Shown here piece after piece: positions 29,465 to 43,169 of a DNA stretch of 64,000 nt. A program made the translations under genes and the position numbers. Below the pieces are notes generated by a model. The model saw only the letters and a program-made list of their open reading frames with translations. It was not told the origin of the DNA and did not search any database. Position 1 is the first letter of the stretch; every line of letters begins with the position of its first letter. Source of the DNA: Dendrobates tinctorius (lineage: Eukaryota); the NCBI RefSeq assembly GCF_039654945.1, contig NW_027361804.1, positions 6,510,001 to 6,574,000 of the forward strand. The letters are read 5' to 3'.

Positions 29465-31345
29465 CACTACAACCCCCAACACGATCCAACCACTGGACAC
29501 GGCCGTACACTACAACCCCCAACACGATCCAACCACTGGACACGACCGTACACTACAACCCCCATGATCCAACCATTGGACACAACCGTACACTACAACC
29601 CCCAACACGATCCAACCACTGGACACGACCGTACACTACAACCCCCATGATCCAACCATTGGACACAACCGTACACTACAACCCCCAACATGATCCTACC
29701 ACTGGACACGACCGTACACTACAACTCCAAACATGATCCAACCACTGGACACGAACAAACACTACAACCTCCAACATGATCGGACCAATGGACACGACTG
29801 TACACTACAACCCCCAACATAGTCCGACCACTGAACATGACCGTACACAACCCCCAATATAGTCCGACCACTGGACATGACCGTACACAACCTCCAATAT
29901 AGTCCGACCACTGGACATGACCGTACATTACAACCCCCAACATGATCAGACCACTGGACACGACCGTACACTACAACCCCCAACATAGTCCGACCACTGG
30001 ATACGACCTTACACTACAACACCCAACATGATCAGACTACTGGACATGACCATACACTACAACCCCCAACATGATCAGACCACTGGACACGACCGTACAC
30101 CACAACACCCAACATGATCAGACCGCTGGACACGACCATACATTACAACCCCCAACATGATCCTACCACTGGACACAACCGTACACCACAACACCCAACA
30201 TGATACAACCACTGGACACGACCGTACCCCACAACACCCAACATGATCCGCCCACTGGACACGACTGCACATTACAACCCTCAACATGATCAGACCACTG
30301 GACACGACCACACATTACAACCCTCAACATGATCCGACCACTGGACACAACCATACACTACAACACCCAACATGATCCTACCACTGGACACGACCGTACC
30401 CCACAATACCCAACATGATCCGACCACTGGACACAACCATACACTACAACACCCAACATGATCCGACCACTGGACACGACCGTACCCCACAACACCCAAC
30501 ATGATCCGACCACTGGACACAACCATACACTACAACCCTCAACATGATCCTACCACTGGACACAACCGTACACCACAACACCCAACATGATACAACCACT
30601 GGACACGACCGTACCCCACAACACCCAACATGATCCGCCCACTGGACACGACTGCACATTACAACCCTCAACATGATCCGACCACTGGACACAACCATAC
30701 ACTACAACACCCAACATGATACAACCACTGGACATGACCGTACCCCACAACACACAACATGATCCGACCACTGGACACAACCATACACTACAACCCTCAA
30801 CATGATCCTACCACTGGACACAACCGTACACCACAACACCCAACATGATACAACCACTGGACATGACCGTACCCCACAACACCCAACATGATCCGCCCAC
30901 TGGACACGACTGCACATTACAACCCTCAACATGATCAGACCACTGGACACGACCACACACTACAACCCCCAACATGATGCGACCACTGGACACAACCGTA
31001 CACCACACCACCCAACATGATCCAACCACTGGACACGACCGTACCCCACAACACCCAACATAATCCTCCCACTGAACACGACTGCACATTACAACTCTCA
31101 ACATGATCCTACCACTGGATACAACCGTACACCACCCAACATGATCCAACCACTGGACACGACCGTACCCCACAACACCCAACATGATCCGCCCACTGGA
31201 CACGACCACACACTACAACCCTCAACATGATCCGACCACTGGACACAACCATACACTACAACCCTCAACATGATCAGACCACTGGACACGACCGTACACT
31301 ACAACCCCCCAACATGATCCAACCACTAGACACGACCACACACCA
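29465..31345 (+). repeat. 43-bp tandem array (CACTACAACCCCCAACATGATCCGACCACTGGACACGACCGTA), ~44 copies
   Basis: Direct periodicity; preceded by a few short GACAGCACAGACACACAACACG repeats at ~29310-29425. Confidence 0.95.
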
Positions 31346-32219
31346 CAATGCCCAATGTGGTAGAAAGTTGCACCATATAATGATATTTGGGGGACTGGCC
31401 CTTTAAATGTAACAAAATCAATAATTGACAATGAAGCGATGGCTCCAACACCCTGAGCTCTTAATCACTGCACCATCCTCCCGCTATAATCCAAGGGTTC
31501 GGTGCCAGGTCCAGTCTGTGTCCATCTGTCATGGGGCACCGGATTTTATAGGTGGTAATTATGACTATAACAGAAAACTAAGCCTCAAACAAGCAGAAAA
31601 GCCCCTTATGAGGGCAGAATGACAACAAGCTGGTACAGGAACCAGCAAAGCTGCAGTGTAAAGTATGAGGGAGCTGCCGCCTGATCCTATGATGAGACTG
31701 CAGCTGACACATTAGTGGCTATAACAGGACCTCAATGTAATTCTCTGTTTCCCCACCGGAGGCGCTGCAGAGTCTCCCACCTGGGTCACGGCAGATCACT
31801 GTGGTACTGATACTCCCATCGTCTCCTGCTGTGGAGCGCCATTACAGCGGCTGCTCCCTGGCGCTCAGCCCTGTCTGAGCTGTGAACTCGCACAACATTA
31901 AATCTTAATCTGTTTCCATTTTTGCAAAGTATCTTGGATGGTAATTATAAGGTATCACGGATCCTGTGGCGCCACTCCGAGAAAATAGTCATCATCTGTA
32001 ACCACTACAACTCCTAGTATTTCCTGACAGCCACACCATGAAGACTACTAGCCCAACAGTGTAAGTTCCATAGAGGCCCATGGCGGAGGGTCCCGATCCA
32101 CAACCACATCCCCTGCCTGCCCTGATGCTCATAGCAGTAACTGCTGCTGCCACTGAGGGGAGCTCAAGAGATTTATACACCTGCCAATGAATCTAATAAC
32201 AGCTGTATACATTCATGTA

Positions 32220-33890
32220 GGGAGCTCCCCCTAGAGGTGGCTGCAGGCGGAACCTTATCATGTATCTCAGTATACAGGGAGCTCCTCCCCCAGTGGTGGC
32301 TGAAGACAGGATGTTATCATGTTTCTCTGTGGGAGCGCCCCCTAGTGGTGACTGCAGACAGGATCTTATCATCTATCTCTGGATACAGGGAACGCCCCCT
32401 AGTGGTGGCTGCAGACAGGATCTTATCATGCATCTCTGTATACAGGGAGCTCCCCCTAGTGGTGGCTTCAGACAGGATCTTATCATGTATTTCTGTATAC
32501 AGGGAGCTCCCCCTTGTGGTGGCTGCAGACAGGATCTTATCATGTATCTCTGTATACAGGGAGCTCCCCCTAGTGGTGACTGCAAACAGGATCTTATCAT
32601 GTATCTCTGTATACAGGGAGCTCCCTCTAGTGGTGACTGCAGAGAGGATCTTATCATGTATCTCTGTATACAGGGAGCTCCCCCTAGTGGTGGCTGCAGA
32701 CAGGATCTTATCATGTATCTCTGTATACAGGGAGCTCCCCCTAGTGGTGACTGCAGACAGGATCTTATCATGCATCTCTGTTTACAGGGAGCTCCCCCTA
32801 GTGGTGACTGCAAACAGGATCTTATCATGTATCTCTGTATACAGGGAGCTCCCCCTAGTGGTGACTGCAGACAGGATCTTATCATGTACCTCTGTATACA
32901 GGGAGCTCCCCCTAGTGGTGACTGCAAACAGGATCTTATCATGTATCTCTGTATAAAGGGAGCTCCCCCTAGTGGTGGCTGCAGACAGGATCTGATCATG
33001 TATCTCTGTATACAGGGAGCTCCCCCTAGTAGTGGATGCAGAGAGGATCTTATCATGTATCTCTGTATACAGGGAGCTCCCTCTAGTGGTGACTGCAGAG
33101 AGGATCTTATCATGTATCTCTGTATACAGGGAGCTCCCCCTAGTGGTGACTGCAGACAGGATCTTATCATGTATCTCTGTATAAAGGGAGCTCCCCCTAG
33201 TGGTGGCTGCAGACAGGATCTGATCATGTATCTCTATATACAGGGAACTCCCCCTATTGGTGGCTGAAGACAGGATCATATCATGTATCTCTGCATACAG
33301 GGAGCTCCCCCTAGTGGTGACTGCAGACAGGATCTTATCATGTATCTCTGTATACAGGGAGCTCCCCCTAGTGGTGGCTGCAGACAGGATCTTATCATGT
33401 ATCTCTGTATACAGGGAGCTCCCCCTAGTGGTGGCTGCAGATAGAATCTTATCATGTATCTCTGTATACAGGAAGCTCCACCTATTGGTGGCTGCAGACA
33501 GGATCTTATGTATCTCTGTGTACAGGGAGCTCCCCCTAGTGGTGGCCGCAGACAGGATCTTATCATGTATCTCTGTATACAGGGAGCTCCCCCTAGTGGT
33601 GGCTGCAGACAGGATCTGATCATGTATCTCTATATACAGGGAACTCCCCCTATTGGTGGCTGAAGACAGGATCATATCATGTATCTCTGCATACAGGGAG
33701 CTCCCCCTAGTGGTGACTGCAGACAGGATCTTATCATGTATCTCTGTATACAGGGAGCTCCCCCTAGTGGTGGCTGCAGACAGGATCTTATCATGTATCT
33801 CTGGATACAGGGAGCTCCCCCTAGTGGTGGCAGCAGACAGGATCTTATCATGTATCTCTGTATACAGGTAGCTCCCCCTAGTGGTGACTA
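32220..33890 (+). repeat. 57-bp tandem array (CAGGGAGCTCCCCCTAGTGGTGGCTGCAGACAGGATCTTATCATGTATCTCTGTATA), ~29 copies
   Basis: Period 57, which explains the 19-aa repeats in the ORF track. Confidence 0.96.
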
Positions 33891-33929
33891 TCAGAACCAG
33901 TGTTTCCCAACCTCCCCTCATCATTAGTA

Positions 33930-33980
33930 AAACTACCACTCCCAGCCTCAGGCTGTCAGAGCATGCTGGGAGTTGTAGAT
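33930..33980. mobile_element. Short fold-back element (ACTACAACTCCCAG family)
   Basis: ACTACCACTCCCAGC...GCTGGGAGTTGTAG; solo arms also near 13358, 32003, 50161 and 52073. Confidence 0.55.
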
Positions 33981-35452
33981 TTGGGAAGCTGATTGAAATA
34001 CAAGCGTGGCCCCCGATGCCCTGACACTAGAGGTGGAGATCAGTGGGTGGCGCTGTGGTCAGGAGACAGATGCCATGTGGATTCCTCGCGGGAGCTGACA
34101 TTATCCTCATCCGCAGATTATCCCGGCCACTCACTGCGACATCTGCAGCGCTGAAACGGATTATCCACACACAGGGATTACCGAGCCGCTGTCCTCGAAG
34201 GAGAGGCCGATCCCAAAATTTGGCAAGAAACCGTCCCCAAATCCTGGATGGAGGGACCGGGGGGGGGGCGTCCGCTGGTGAAGCTGTGCAGGATGGGGGG
34301 CAGGGTGAGAGGCTTCCAGAAATTAAAGTGTTAACAGTTTTTATTTCATCAATCAATATAAAAATAAAATTAAAATAAATCATTAACCCTTCTAAGTCTA
34401 GAAGCTTCTTACTTTGTAGCATTTTTTTTTCCAAACCTGAAGAAAACTTTTTGCACATTAATATTATTGTAAGCACAACTATAGCAACCAGTGGGACAAC
34501 CCTCCATGCTTTATACTGCAGGCGGCATCCACTGTATATGAGCCGCAGGGTTTTTAGCTCTGTGTATGTCTATTTAAGGAGAGGACAGAGGGAATTATCA
34601 GGTATGTACACCTTTAAAAAAGTGACAAATTATTGAAATGTTATAAGTAGGGGGGGCACCATGAGATGAGACCCCCCATTATTATTAGATTAGGGGGCTG
34701 CAGATTTCCGGCGTGCCCCGTCCCCCTTCGTCCCATATCAGAACAATTATTTATATATTTTTAAGCTGAGGAGACGTCACACGATATTTGGGGTCTCGGC
34801 TCTCGGTTCCCCCATTAGTGATAAAGTCTTCTGAGCCGACTCAGATTATTTAAAGGTACGGCAGCGTCATTCTACAAACAGATAATTGGGGATTTCTTGT
34901 CATTCATCCCAACGGTCAGCGACTGTCTGTAATGGCTGATAACAGCAGACAATAGCTTTCATCCTTCAGCACAAACAAGGGAAAGGGAACTTTGGGTTTG
35001 GAATCAGTGAAATGGAGCAGAAACGTAGGAAAGTGTCTGCGAGGAGCCGCGCTGCCATCAGCATGGAGGCGGTCATGTACTGCCGTGGGTTTAGTGTCTG
35101 CCCGAGATGGGAAGGGTCCTGTGAAAGTAACCGCAACTAGATCAACTCAGCTCTGCTACATCTGACAAAATGTAGTCTTCCGGTATGTAACAAATCAACT
35201 CTGCTATTTCTGCTAAAGTCCGCTCTGTTACATGAGATAATATTAGTATTATAATGTGACAGTTTCAGCTCTGCTACATCAGATATATGGCAGACATGTG
35301 CAAACTCAGCACTGCTACATCAGATATGAGAGCTCTGCTATACGTGATAAGATCTGCCGCTGAGGAGCTCCTCTCTGCTGCACCCGCATACATAATGGAT
35401 GGGGCTCGGCGCTGGTGGGGGGCTCAGTGCTGCCTGCAGACCCCATACTCAC

Positions 35453-35778
35453 ACGCTGAAGTGGTAGATGAAGCAGCGCCATCCGCTGGGCCTCTCCAGG
35501 AAGTTGTAGATGTCGCCCTGCATGCTGGTGCGGGTCAGGTAGTGGCGGTAGAAGCACCTGGGGGAAGATTCCGCGTTGGTGTCCTTGGCGCCCCCACTCG
35601 GGCTGCTCACCTGCAGCGTGGGGTCTTGCTGCGCAGAGCAGGGGGTCCCGGAGCCATTGTTTAAGGGGGGCTCTGCGCTGAGGGCCACAGATGAGTAATG
35701 CAGGGGGTCCGGGGTCGGGGGCGCCGTGTGGCGGCTGTAGAGGGGGAGCCCCCTGCTGTCCCCCGGACCGCGCGACAT
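35453..35778 (-). CDS. KCNQ1-like (Kv7.1-type) K+ channel, coding exon 1
   Basis: ATG at 35778, with an in-frame TGA 21 nt upstream. Encodes ...[23 protein letters not shown] (KCNQ1: [23 protein letters not shown]). Donor GTGAGT; 326 nt, phase 2 as in KCNQ1. Confidence 0.9.
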
Positions 35779-35979
35779 GTCGCAGACTGCGGCTGATCAA
35801 TATTTCACATCCTCAGAGTCGGTGTTAGATTGCAGCTCCGGAGTCCTGAGGGACCTGATCCCTTATCAGTGTCCTGCGCGGACGGATCACGGCGGAGTCA
35901 CCGCCATCACCCCGAGCTGCGGAGGAAGGAGCACAGGTCACAAACACAGAAACTCCCAGACACTCTCTACTTACGTCCC

Positions 35980-36970
35980 ATGCCCTTTCCTGTGCAGACC
36001 CCCTCCTGTACCGAGCCCCCCACAGACAGTCTGCAGAGCATTGCCCCTATGTTACATGTACTTTCCTGTGCAGACCCCCTCCTACACCCTGAGCCCCCCA
36101 CAGACAGCCTGCAGAGCATTGCCCCTATGTTACATGTACTTTCCTGTGCAGACCCCCTCCTGTACCGAGCCCCCCACAGACAGCCTGCAGAGCATTGCCC
36201 CTATGTTACATGTACTTTCCTGTGCAGACCCCCTCCTGTACCGAGCCCCCCACAGACAGTCTGCAGAGCATTGCCCCTATGTTACATGCACTTTCCTGTG
36301 CAGACCCCCTCCTACACCCTGAGCCCCCCACAGACAGTCTGCAGAGCATTGCCCCTATGTTACATGCACTTTCCTGTGCAGACCCCCTCCTACACCCTGA
36401 GCCCCCCACAGACAGTCTGCAGGGCATTGCCCCCTATGTTACATGCACTTTCCTGTGCAGACCCCCTCCTGTACCGAGCCCCCCACAGACAGCCTACAGA
36501 GCATTGCCCCCTGTATCCCATGCCCTTTCCTGTGCAGACCCCCTCCTATCCCCTGAGCCCCCCACAGACAGTCTGCAGGGCATTGCCCCCTATGTTACAT
36601 GCACTTTCCTGTGCAGACCCCCTCCTACACCCTGAGCCCCCCACAGACAGTCTGCAGAGCATTGCCCCTATGTTACATGCACTTTCCTGTGCAGACCCCC
36701 TCCTACACCCTGAGCCCCCCACAGACAGTCTGCAGAGCATTGCCCCTATGTTACATGCACTTTCCTGTGCAGACCCCCTCCTGTACCGAGCCCCCCACAG
36801 ACAGCCTACAGAGCATTGCCCCCTGTATCCCATGCCCTTTCCTGTGCAGACCCCCTCCTATCCCCTGAGCCCCCCACAGACAGTCTGCAGAGCATTGCCC
36901 CCTATGTTACATGCCCTTTCCTGTGCAGACCCCCTCCTGCTCCCTGAGCCCCCCACAGACAGCCTGCAGA
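35980..36970 (+). repeat. ~78-bp tandem array, ~13 copies, ~200 bp upstream of the KCNQ1-like ATG
   Basis: Repeated TTTCCTGTGCAGACCCCCTCC...GAGCCCCCCACAGACAG... Confidence 0.93.
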
Positions 36971-37394
36971 GCGGTACCTGCCCCTGGCTCCTCGCTGCCA
37001 TGCTCGCCTGCTGTGGCCGCCACCTGCCGCTGCTCCTCCCCTCTCTCCCGGTGTCACTCCCCGCACATCCTGCAGCATTGTCTCCGGGCAAGGCGGGATT
37101 AGGCACCTGGGGACTGGTGAACCACAAGTGCCAGCAATGCCCGTGAGTGATGAGTGACTGGAGGACGATCACCCCCAACAATCACCCCCTGAGATCCCGT
37201 ACTGTCCTGCAGGATCCTCTGCGCAACGCCACAGTCTATGGCGGCATCTAAACCCCCGGGATCGGGGGAGCTGTGAGGGAAGAACCGGGCACCGAGGAGG
37301 TCAACCACCAGTGGGCGGCGTGCTGTGGGCGCAGGTCACACCTGGCGTCTGCCCTGCGGTAACGGATCAGGGAGAGGAGGAGATCAGCGCGACA

Positions 37395-40065
37395 TCTGCA
37401 CTGATCACGGCCGATCCAACCAGGGTCTGCACTGATCACGGCCGATCCAACCAGGGTCTGCACTGATCACGGCCGATCCAACCAGGGTCTGCACTGATCA
37501 CGGCCGATCCAACCAGAGTCTGCACTGATCACGGCCGATCCAACCAGGGTCTGCACTGATCACGGCCGATCCAACCAGGGTCTGCACTGATCACGGCCGA
37601 TCCAACCAGGGTCTGCACTGATCACGGCCGATCCAACCAGAGTCTGCACTGATCACGGCCGATCCAACCAGGGTCTGCACTGATCACGGCCGATCCAACC
37701 AGGGTCTGCACTGATGACGGCCGATCCAACCGGGGTCTGCACTGATCACGGCCGATCCAACCGGGGTCTGCACTGATCACAGCCGATCCAACCGCACTGA
37801 TCACAGCCGATCCAACCAGGGTCTGCACTGATCACGGCCGATCCAACCAGGGTCTGCACTGATCACGGCCGATCCAACCAGGGTCTGCACTGATCACGGC
37901 CGATCCAAACAGCGTCTGCACTGATCACGGCCGATCCAACCAGGGTCTGCACTGATCACGGCCGATCCAACCAGGGTCTGCACTGATCACGGCCGATCCA
38001 ACCAGGGTCTGCACTGATCACGGCCGATCCAACCAGCGTCTGCACTGATCACGGCCGATCCAACCAGGGTCAGCACTGATCACGGCCGATCCAACCAGGG
38101 TCTGCACTGATCACGGCCGATCCAACCGGGGTCTGCACTGATCACAGCCAATCCAACCGGGGTCTGCACTGATCACAGCCGATCCAACCGCACTGATCAC
38201 AGCCGATCCAACCAGGGTCTGCACTGATGACGGCCGATCCAACCAGGGTCTGCACTGATCACGGCCGATCCAACCAGGGTCTGCACTGATCACGGCCGAT
38301 CCAAACAGCGTCTGCACTGATCACGGCCGATCCAACCAGGGTCTGCACTGATCACGGCCGATCCAACCAGGGTCTGCACTGATCACGGCCGATCCAACCA
38401 GCGTCTGCACTGATCACGGCCGATCCAACCAGGGTCTGCACTGATCACGGCCGATCCAACCAGGGTCTGCACTGATCACAGCCGATCCAACCGGGGTCTG
38501 CACTGATCACAGCCGATCCAACCGCACTGATCACAGCCGATCCAACCAGGGTCTGCACTGATCACGGCCGATCCAACCAGGGTCTGCACTGATCACGGCC
38601 GATCCAACCAGGGTCTGCACTGATCACGGCCGATCCAACCAGGGTCTGCACTGATCACGGCCGATCCAAACAGCGTCTGCACTGATCACGGCCGATCCAA
38701 CCAGGGTCTGCACTGATCACGGCCGATCCAACCAGGGTCTGCACTGATCACGGCCGATCCAACCAGGGTCTGCACTGATCACGGCCGATCCAAACAGCGT
38801 CTGCACTGATCACGGCCGATCCAACCAGGGTCTGCACTGATCATGGCCGATCCAACCAGGGTCTGCACTGATCACGGCCGATCCAACCAGGGTCTGCACT
38901 GATCACAGCCGATCCAACCAGGGTCTGCACTGATCACAGCCGATCCAACCAGGGTCTGCACTGATCACGACCGATCCAACCAGGGACTGCACTGATGACG
39001 GCCGATCCAACCAGAGTCTGCACTGATCACAGATGATCCAACCAGAGTCTGCACTGATCACGGCCGATCCAACCAGGGTCTGCACTGATCATGGCCGATC
39101 CAACCAGGGTCTGCACTGATCACGGCCGATCCAACCAGGGTCTGCACTGATCACAGCCGATCCAACCAGGGTCTGCACTAAGCACAGCCGATCCAACCGG
39201 GGTCTGCACTGATCACAGCCGATCCAACCGCACTGATCACAGCCGATCCAACCAGGGTCTGCACTGATCACGGCCGATCCAACCAGGGTCTGCACTGATC
39301 ACGGCCGATCCAACCAGGGTCTGCACTGATCACGGCCGATCCAACCAGGGTCTGCACTGATCACGGCCGATCCAAACAGCGTCTGCACTGATCACGGCCG
39401 ATCCAACCAGGGTCTGCACTGATCACGGCCGATCCAACCAGGGTCTGCACTGATCACGGCCGATCCAACCAGGGTCTGCACTGATCACGGCCGATCCAAA
39501 CAGCGTCTGCACTGATCACGGCCGATCCAACCAGGGTCTGCACTGATCATGGCCGATCCAACCAGGGTCTGCACTGATCACGGCCGATCCAACCAGGGTC
39601 TGCACTGATCACAGCCGATCCAACCAGGGTCTGCACTGATCACAGCCGATCCAACCAGGGTCTGCACTGATCACGACCGATCCAACCAGGGACTGCACTG
39701 ATGACGGCCGATCCAACCAGAGTCTGCACTGATCACAGATGATCCAACCAGAGTCTGCACTGATCACGGCCGATCCAACCAGGGTCTGCACTGATCATGG
39801 CCGATCCAACCAGGGTCTGCACTGATCACGGCCGATCCAACCAGGGTCTGCACTGATCACAGCCGATCCAACCAGGGTCTGCACTAAGCACAGCCGATCC
39901 AACCAGGGTCTGCACTGATCACAGCCGATCCAACTCTGCACTGATCACAGCCGATCCAACCAGGGTCTGCACTGATCACGGCCGATCCAACCAGTCTGAT
40001 CCAACCAAGGTCTGCACTGATCACAGATGATCCAACCAGAGTCTGCCCTGATCACAGCCGATCCA
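37395..40065 (+). repeat. 31-bp tandem array (CTGCACTGATCACGGCCGATCCAACCAGGGT), ~86 copies
   Basis: Direct periodicity; a 706-bp higher-order duplication (38903 vs 39609). Confidence 0.97.
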
Positions 40066-40133
40066 GAGGGCACAGAGAGGACCCATATCGGTCATATCAG
40101 CTATCGGGCAAATACTTATTCGCCGCGCATCTC

Positions 40134-40336
40134 ACTCCAATCACATCCAAAGCTGCATCCAGGCCTTGTATTATCTCTGTTGAATGCAGCTTAGGTTGTG
40201 AGTGGAGGATCAGACAATGCGCAGAGAATAATGGACGTTCCCAACACTTGGGATCTCGCTTGGGCCGGAAGGGTTTATCTGTGAGCTTATGGCAGCTAAG
40301 AGAAGTTTAGATGCAGCTTTGGATGTGATTGGAGAA
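40134..40336. mobile_element. Fold-back element (CACATCCAAAGCTGCA family)
   Basis: CTCCAATCACATCCAAAGCTGCATC and its reverse complement at ~40310-40334; relatives at 50287-50363, ~42117 and ~52288. Confidence 0.6.
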
Positions 40337-40493
40337 TAGGACACAAGATATATTGGCTCCACAGGACTGAGCTTCCCTCCTTACCATGGGGCCACTTATG
40401 GGGCCACTATCCGCCCCCTGATGTGACCTTTTCAGTAAATATTCTTCATGTTAACTCTTCATGGATCCTCTGTTATTCCTCTTGGAAATGTGA

Positions 40494-40865
40494 CGAGGCT
40501 GAAGTTGGTTTCTTATTCGTCAGTTTCCTATTCGGCAATTTTTTCTTTTCTGTTTTTTTATAGGTTTACCAACAAAAAAATCAGCATCACAATAATAACA
40601 TACACTGCAGCGAGGAGCCTGATGGGGATGCACTTATAAACGGCTACAAAAGCTATAAAACTGGCACAAAAGTGGGCACCGAAGGGCATTAATGAAAGGG
40701 TTAAATGACTTTGGGCCACTGATCTCACAGTGCAGACATATAGAACAGGGAGCCCCACATCACAGCCAGGACCCTCCAGCCTGGCCCAAATGGGTTCTGG
40801 GTTGTTAAACCTATAAAAAAACATTAAAGAAAAAATTGCCGAATAAGAAACCAACTTCAGCCTCG
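40494..40865. mobile_element. Mariner-type MITE with ~70-bp TIRs
   Basis: CGAGGCTGAAGTTGGTTTCTTATTCG...ATAGGTTTA at the left end; its reverse complement at 40805-40865 is followed by TA. Confidence 0.75.
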
Positions 40866-41329
40866 TAAATGAGTGCATAAATTGACAACTGGGCGTCACC
40901 ACTCCGGGGAGTGTCCATGCCCATCCAATCAGCACTGAGGTGACTGGAGGGCTCAGGGACTGGACAGCGCCCGGCGCCGCAGGTCTCTTGTGCTGACATC
41001 TCGTGGCCGATATGAAAACTGCAATCCTTACTAAATGATGCCGGTGTTCCCGGCGGAGGTCAGAGGTCAGCGCGGATTCTCCATGTAACCATTAACCTTC
41101 CGTGTATAAAGAGCGTCCCGGGGAACCTGAGCCCCGGCCGCGGGTAATGAGGCGCGGGCCCTGGGGACGGCTACTGGTGTCATTGTGCTGATGAAAGGCG
41201 AGGTGCGGTGTGAGGCTGCGGTGACGGCGGGATCAGGTGTCCGCCCGGGGCGCGGAGATTATATGAAATTCCTGTCACCCGAGGCCCAGACAATTACTGT
41301 AATGTGCTGCATTGTGTTACCTGTCGCAG

Positions 41330-41960
41330 CGGGCGGGGGCAACAAGCAGGAGGCGGGGGCAACAGGTGGGGGGCAACAAGCAGGAGGCGGGGGCAACAGG
41401 TGGGAGGCAACAAGCAGGAGGCGGGGGCAACAGGTGGGGGGCAACAAGCAGGAGGCGGGGGCAACAGGTGGGGGGCAACAAGCAGGAGGCGGGGGCAACA
41501 GGTGGGAGGCAACAAGCAGGAGGCGGGGGCAACAGGTGGGGGGCAACAAGCAGGAGGCGGGGGCAACAGGTGGGGGGCAACAAGCAGGAGGCGGGGGCAA
41601 CAGGTGGGGGGCAACAGGTGGGGGGCAACAAGCAGGAGGCGGGGGCAACAAGCAGGAGGCGGGGGCAACAGGTGGGGGGCAACAAGCAGGAGGCGGGGGC
41701 AACAGGTGGGAGGCAACAAGCAGGAGGCGGGGGCAACAGGTGGGAGGCAACAAGCAGGAGGCGGGGGCAACAGGTGGGAGGCAACAAGCAGGAGGCGGGG
41801 GCAACAGGTGGGGGGCAACAAGCAGGAGGCGGGGGCAACAGGTGGGGGGCAACAAGCAGGAGGCGGGGGGCAACAGGTGGGAGGCAGTGGGGGCAACAAG
41901 CAGGAGGCGGGGGCAACAGGTGGGAGGCAGCAGGGGCAACAAGAGGGGGCAGTGGGGCAG
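41330..41960 (+). repeat. G-rich ~34-bp minisatellite (GGCAACAAGCAGGAGGCGGGGGCAACAGGTGGGG)
   Basis: Composite 20+14 bp subunits; stop-free in all six frames. Confidence 0.93.
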
Positions 41961-43169
41961 AGACTGGGGGTAACAGGCACTGGGGCAGTGGATGGGGACA
42001 TCATTCCCTGGGAATGTGCCACCGCCGGGTCATGGAACAATCATTACTGCTATACGCTCAATAATCGCTCCGCCTGATGAATCCGGACATATTAGTTGCT
42101 ATCATTACATTACACAAGTCACATCCAAAGCTGCATGTGAAATGCTCTCATAATGCAGCACAGCAGGAGCCGGACGTGAGATGGTGGAAGCAGAGAGCGG
42201 CCGATGATGATTGCAGGATTTCTGGTCGGATAGAACATTTTGGATCTACAGATAATTGATGCGACTTCTCTGATCCATGAATCCAGAGTAATGCCGGAGC
42301 ACAGGACCGTGTGTGATACAAGAAGCTCGCACCGCGTCTCTCCCACCAGCACCGGCGCTGCCGCAGGAACTCGGGACCGGAAAATACATAGAACTACCCG
42401 CAGCTCCGGCCCGAGTGCCCGCGCCAGCGCCAGCGCCGGGTGCTGATGCCATAGACCGGGGCGAGATTCTCCCATCACACACAGCAGTGAGATCCTGGCC
42501 TAATAACAAAAGACGCACCGGCACTTCCAGCCGAGTGTGAACAGGCGCAAACCAGGAGCAGCCGCCTCCATATCTACTATACACTCTGCAGAGCTGAAGC
42601 ATGGCGATGTGACATCTATGGAATGGGAACAGCTGTGCGGCTTCTGGATACTAGGAAGCAATTCGCCCCTGTTCACACTGGTCTGGAGGAGCCAGTCAGG
42701 CTTTCCTCTCCGCCCTCCACCATGTGGGGATTATAATGCAGCAGGATCCTACCAACCCATAAATGCAGGCATTGCTGACAGAGGAGTCCACACTCACCCA
42801 GGAATTCAGACATCAGTCTAGAGAGGTGTTCACACTTCTAGGGACCCGGCACCTTTTTTCTGAGATCAACCTGTCGTTGGTTGATGGGCAGAGATAACGG
42901 CCAAATTATGTGCAAAGTGTCTCATATTTCCTAGTATTCAGAAGCTGTATAGATATTAATATTTCATGTATTTCACGCTGACATGCTATATATAGCTCTA
43001 TAGAGTGCAACCGATACAAATACAGAGCGTCGCCTGCTCTCTGGTGTCAGCCAATATCCCATCTGATTCCACGTAACTGTCCACAGCGTCCAAACCCCCG
43101 AAAGGAAAGGGAGAAAGTATCTGAGCTTCTGTGTGGTCACATCTCACCTGGGGTATCTAAGCCTCTTTC

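Noticed and set aside
32237-33939. ORFs with 19-aa repeats on both strands
   Set aside because: By-product of a 57-bp (multiple of 3) intronic array.
35830-37146. 438-aa ORF upstream of the channel gene
   Set aside because: Lies almost wholly in the 78-bp array, has a non-ATG start and no recognisable domain.
41185-42077. Gly/Gln-rich and Pro/Cys-rich ORFs resembling keratin-associated or cornified proteins
   Set aside because: Open in all six frames over a 34-bp G-rich minisatellite; the period is not a multiple of 3.
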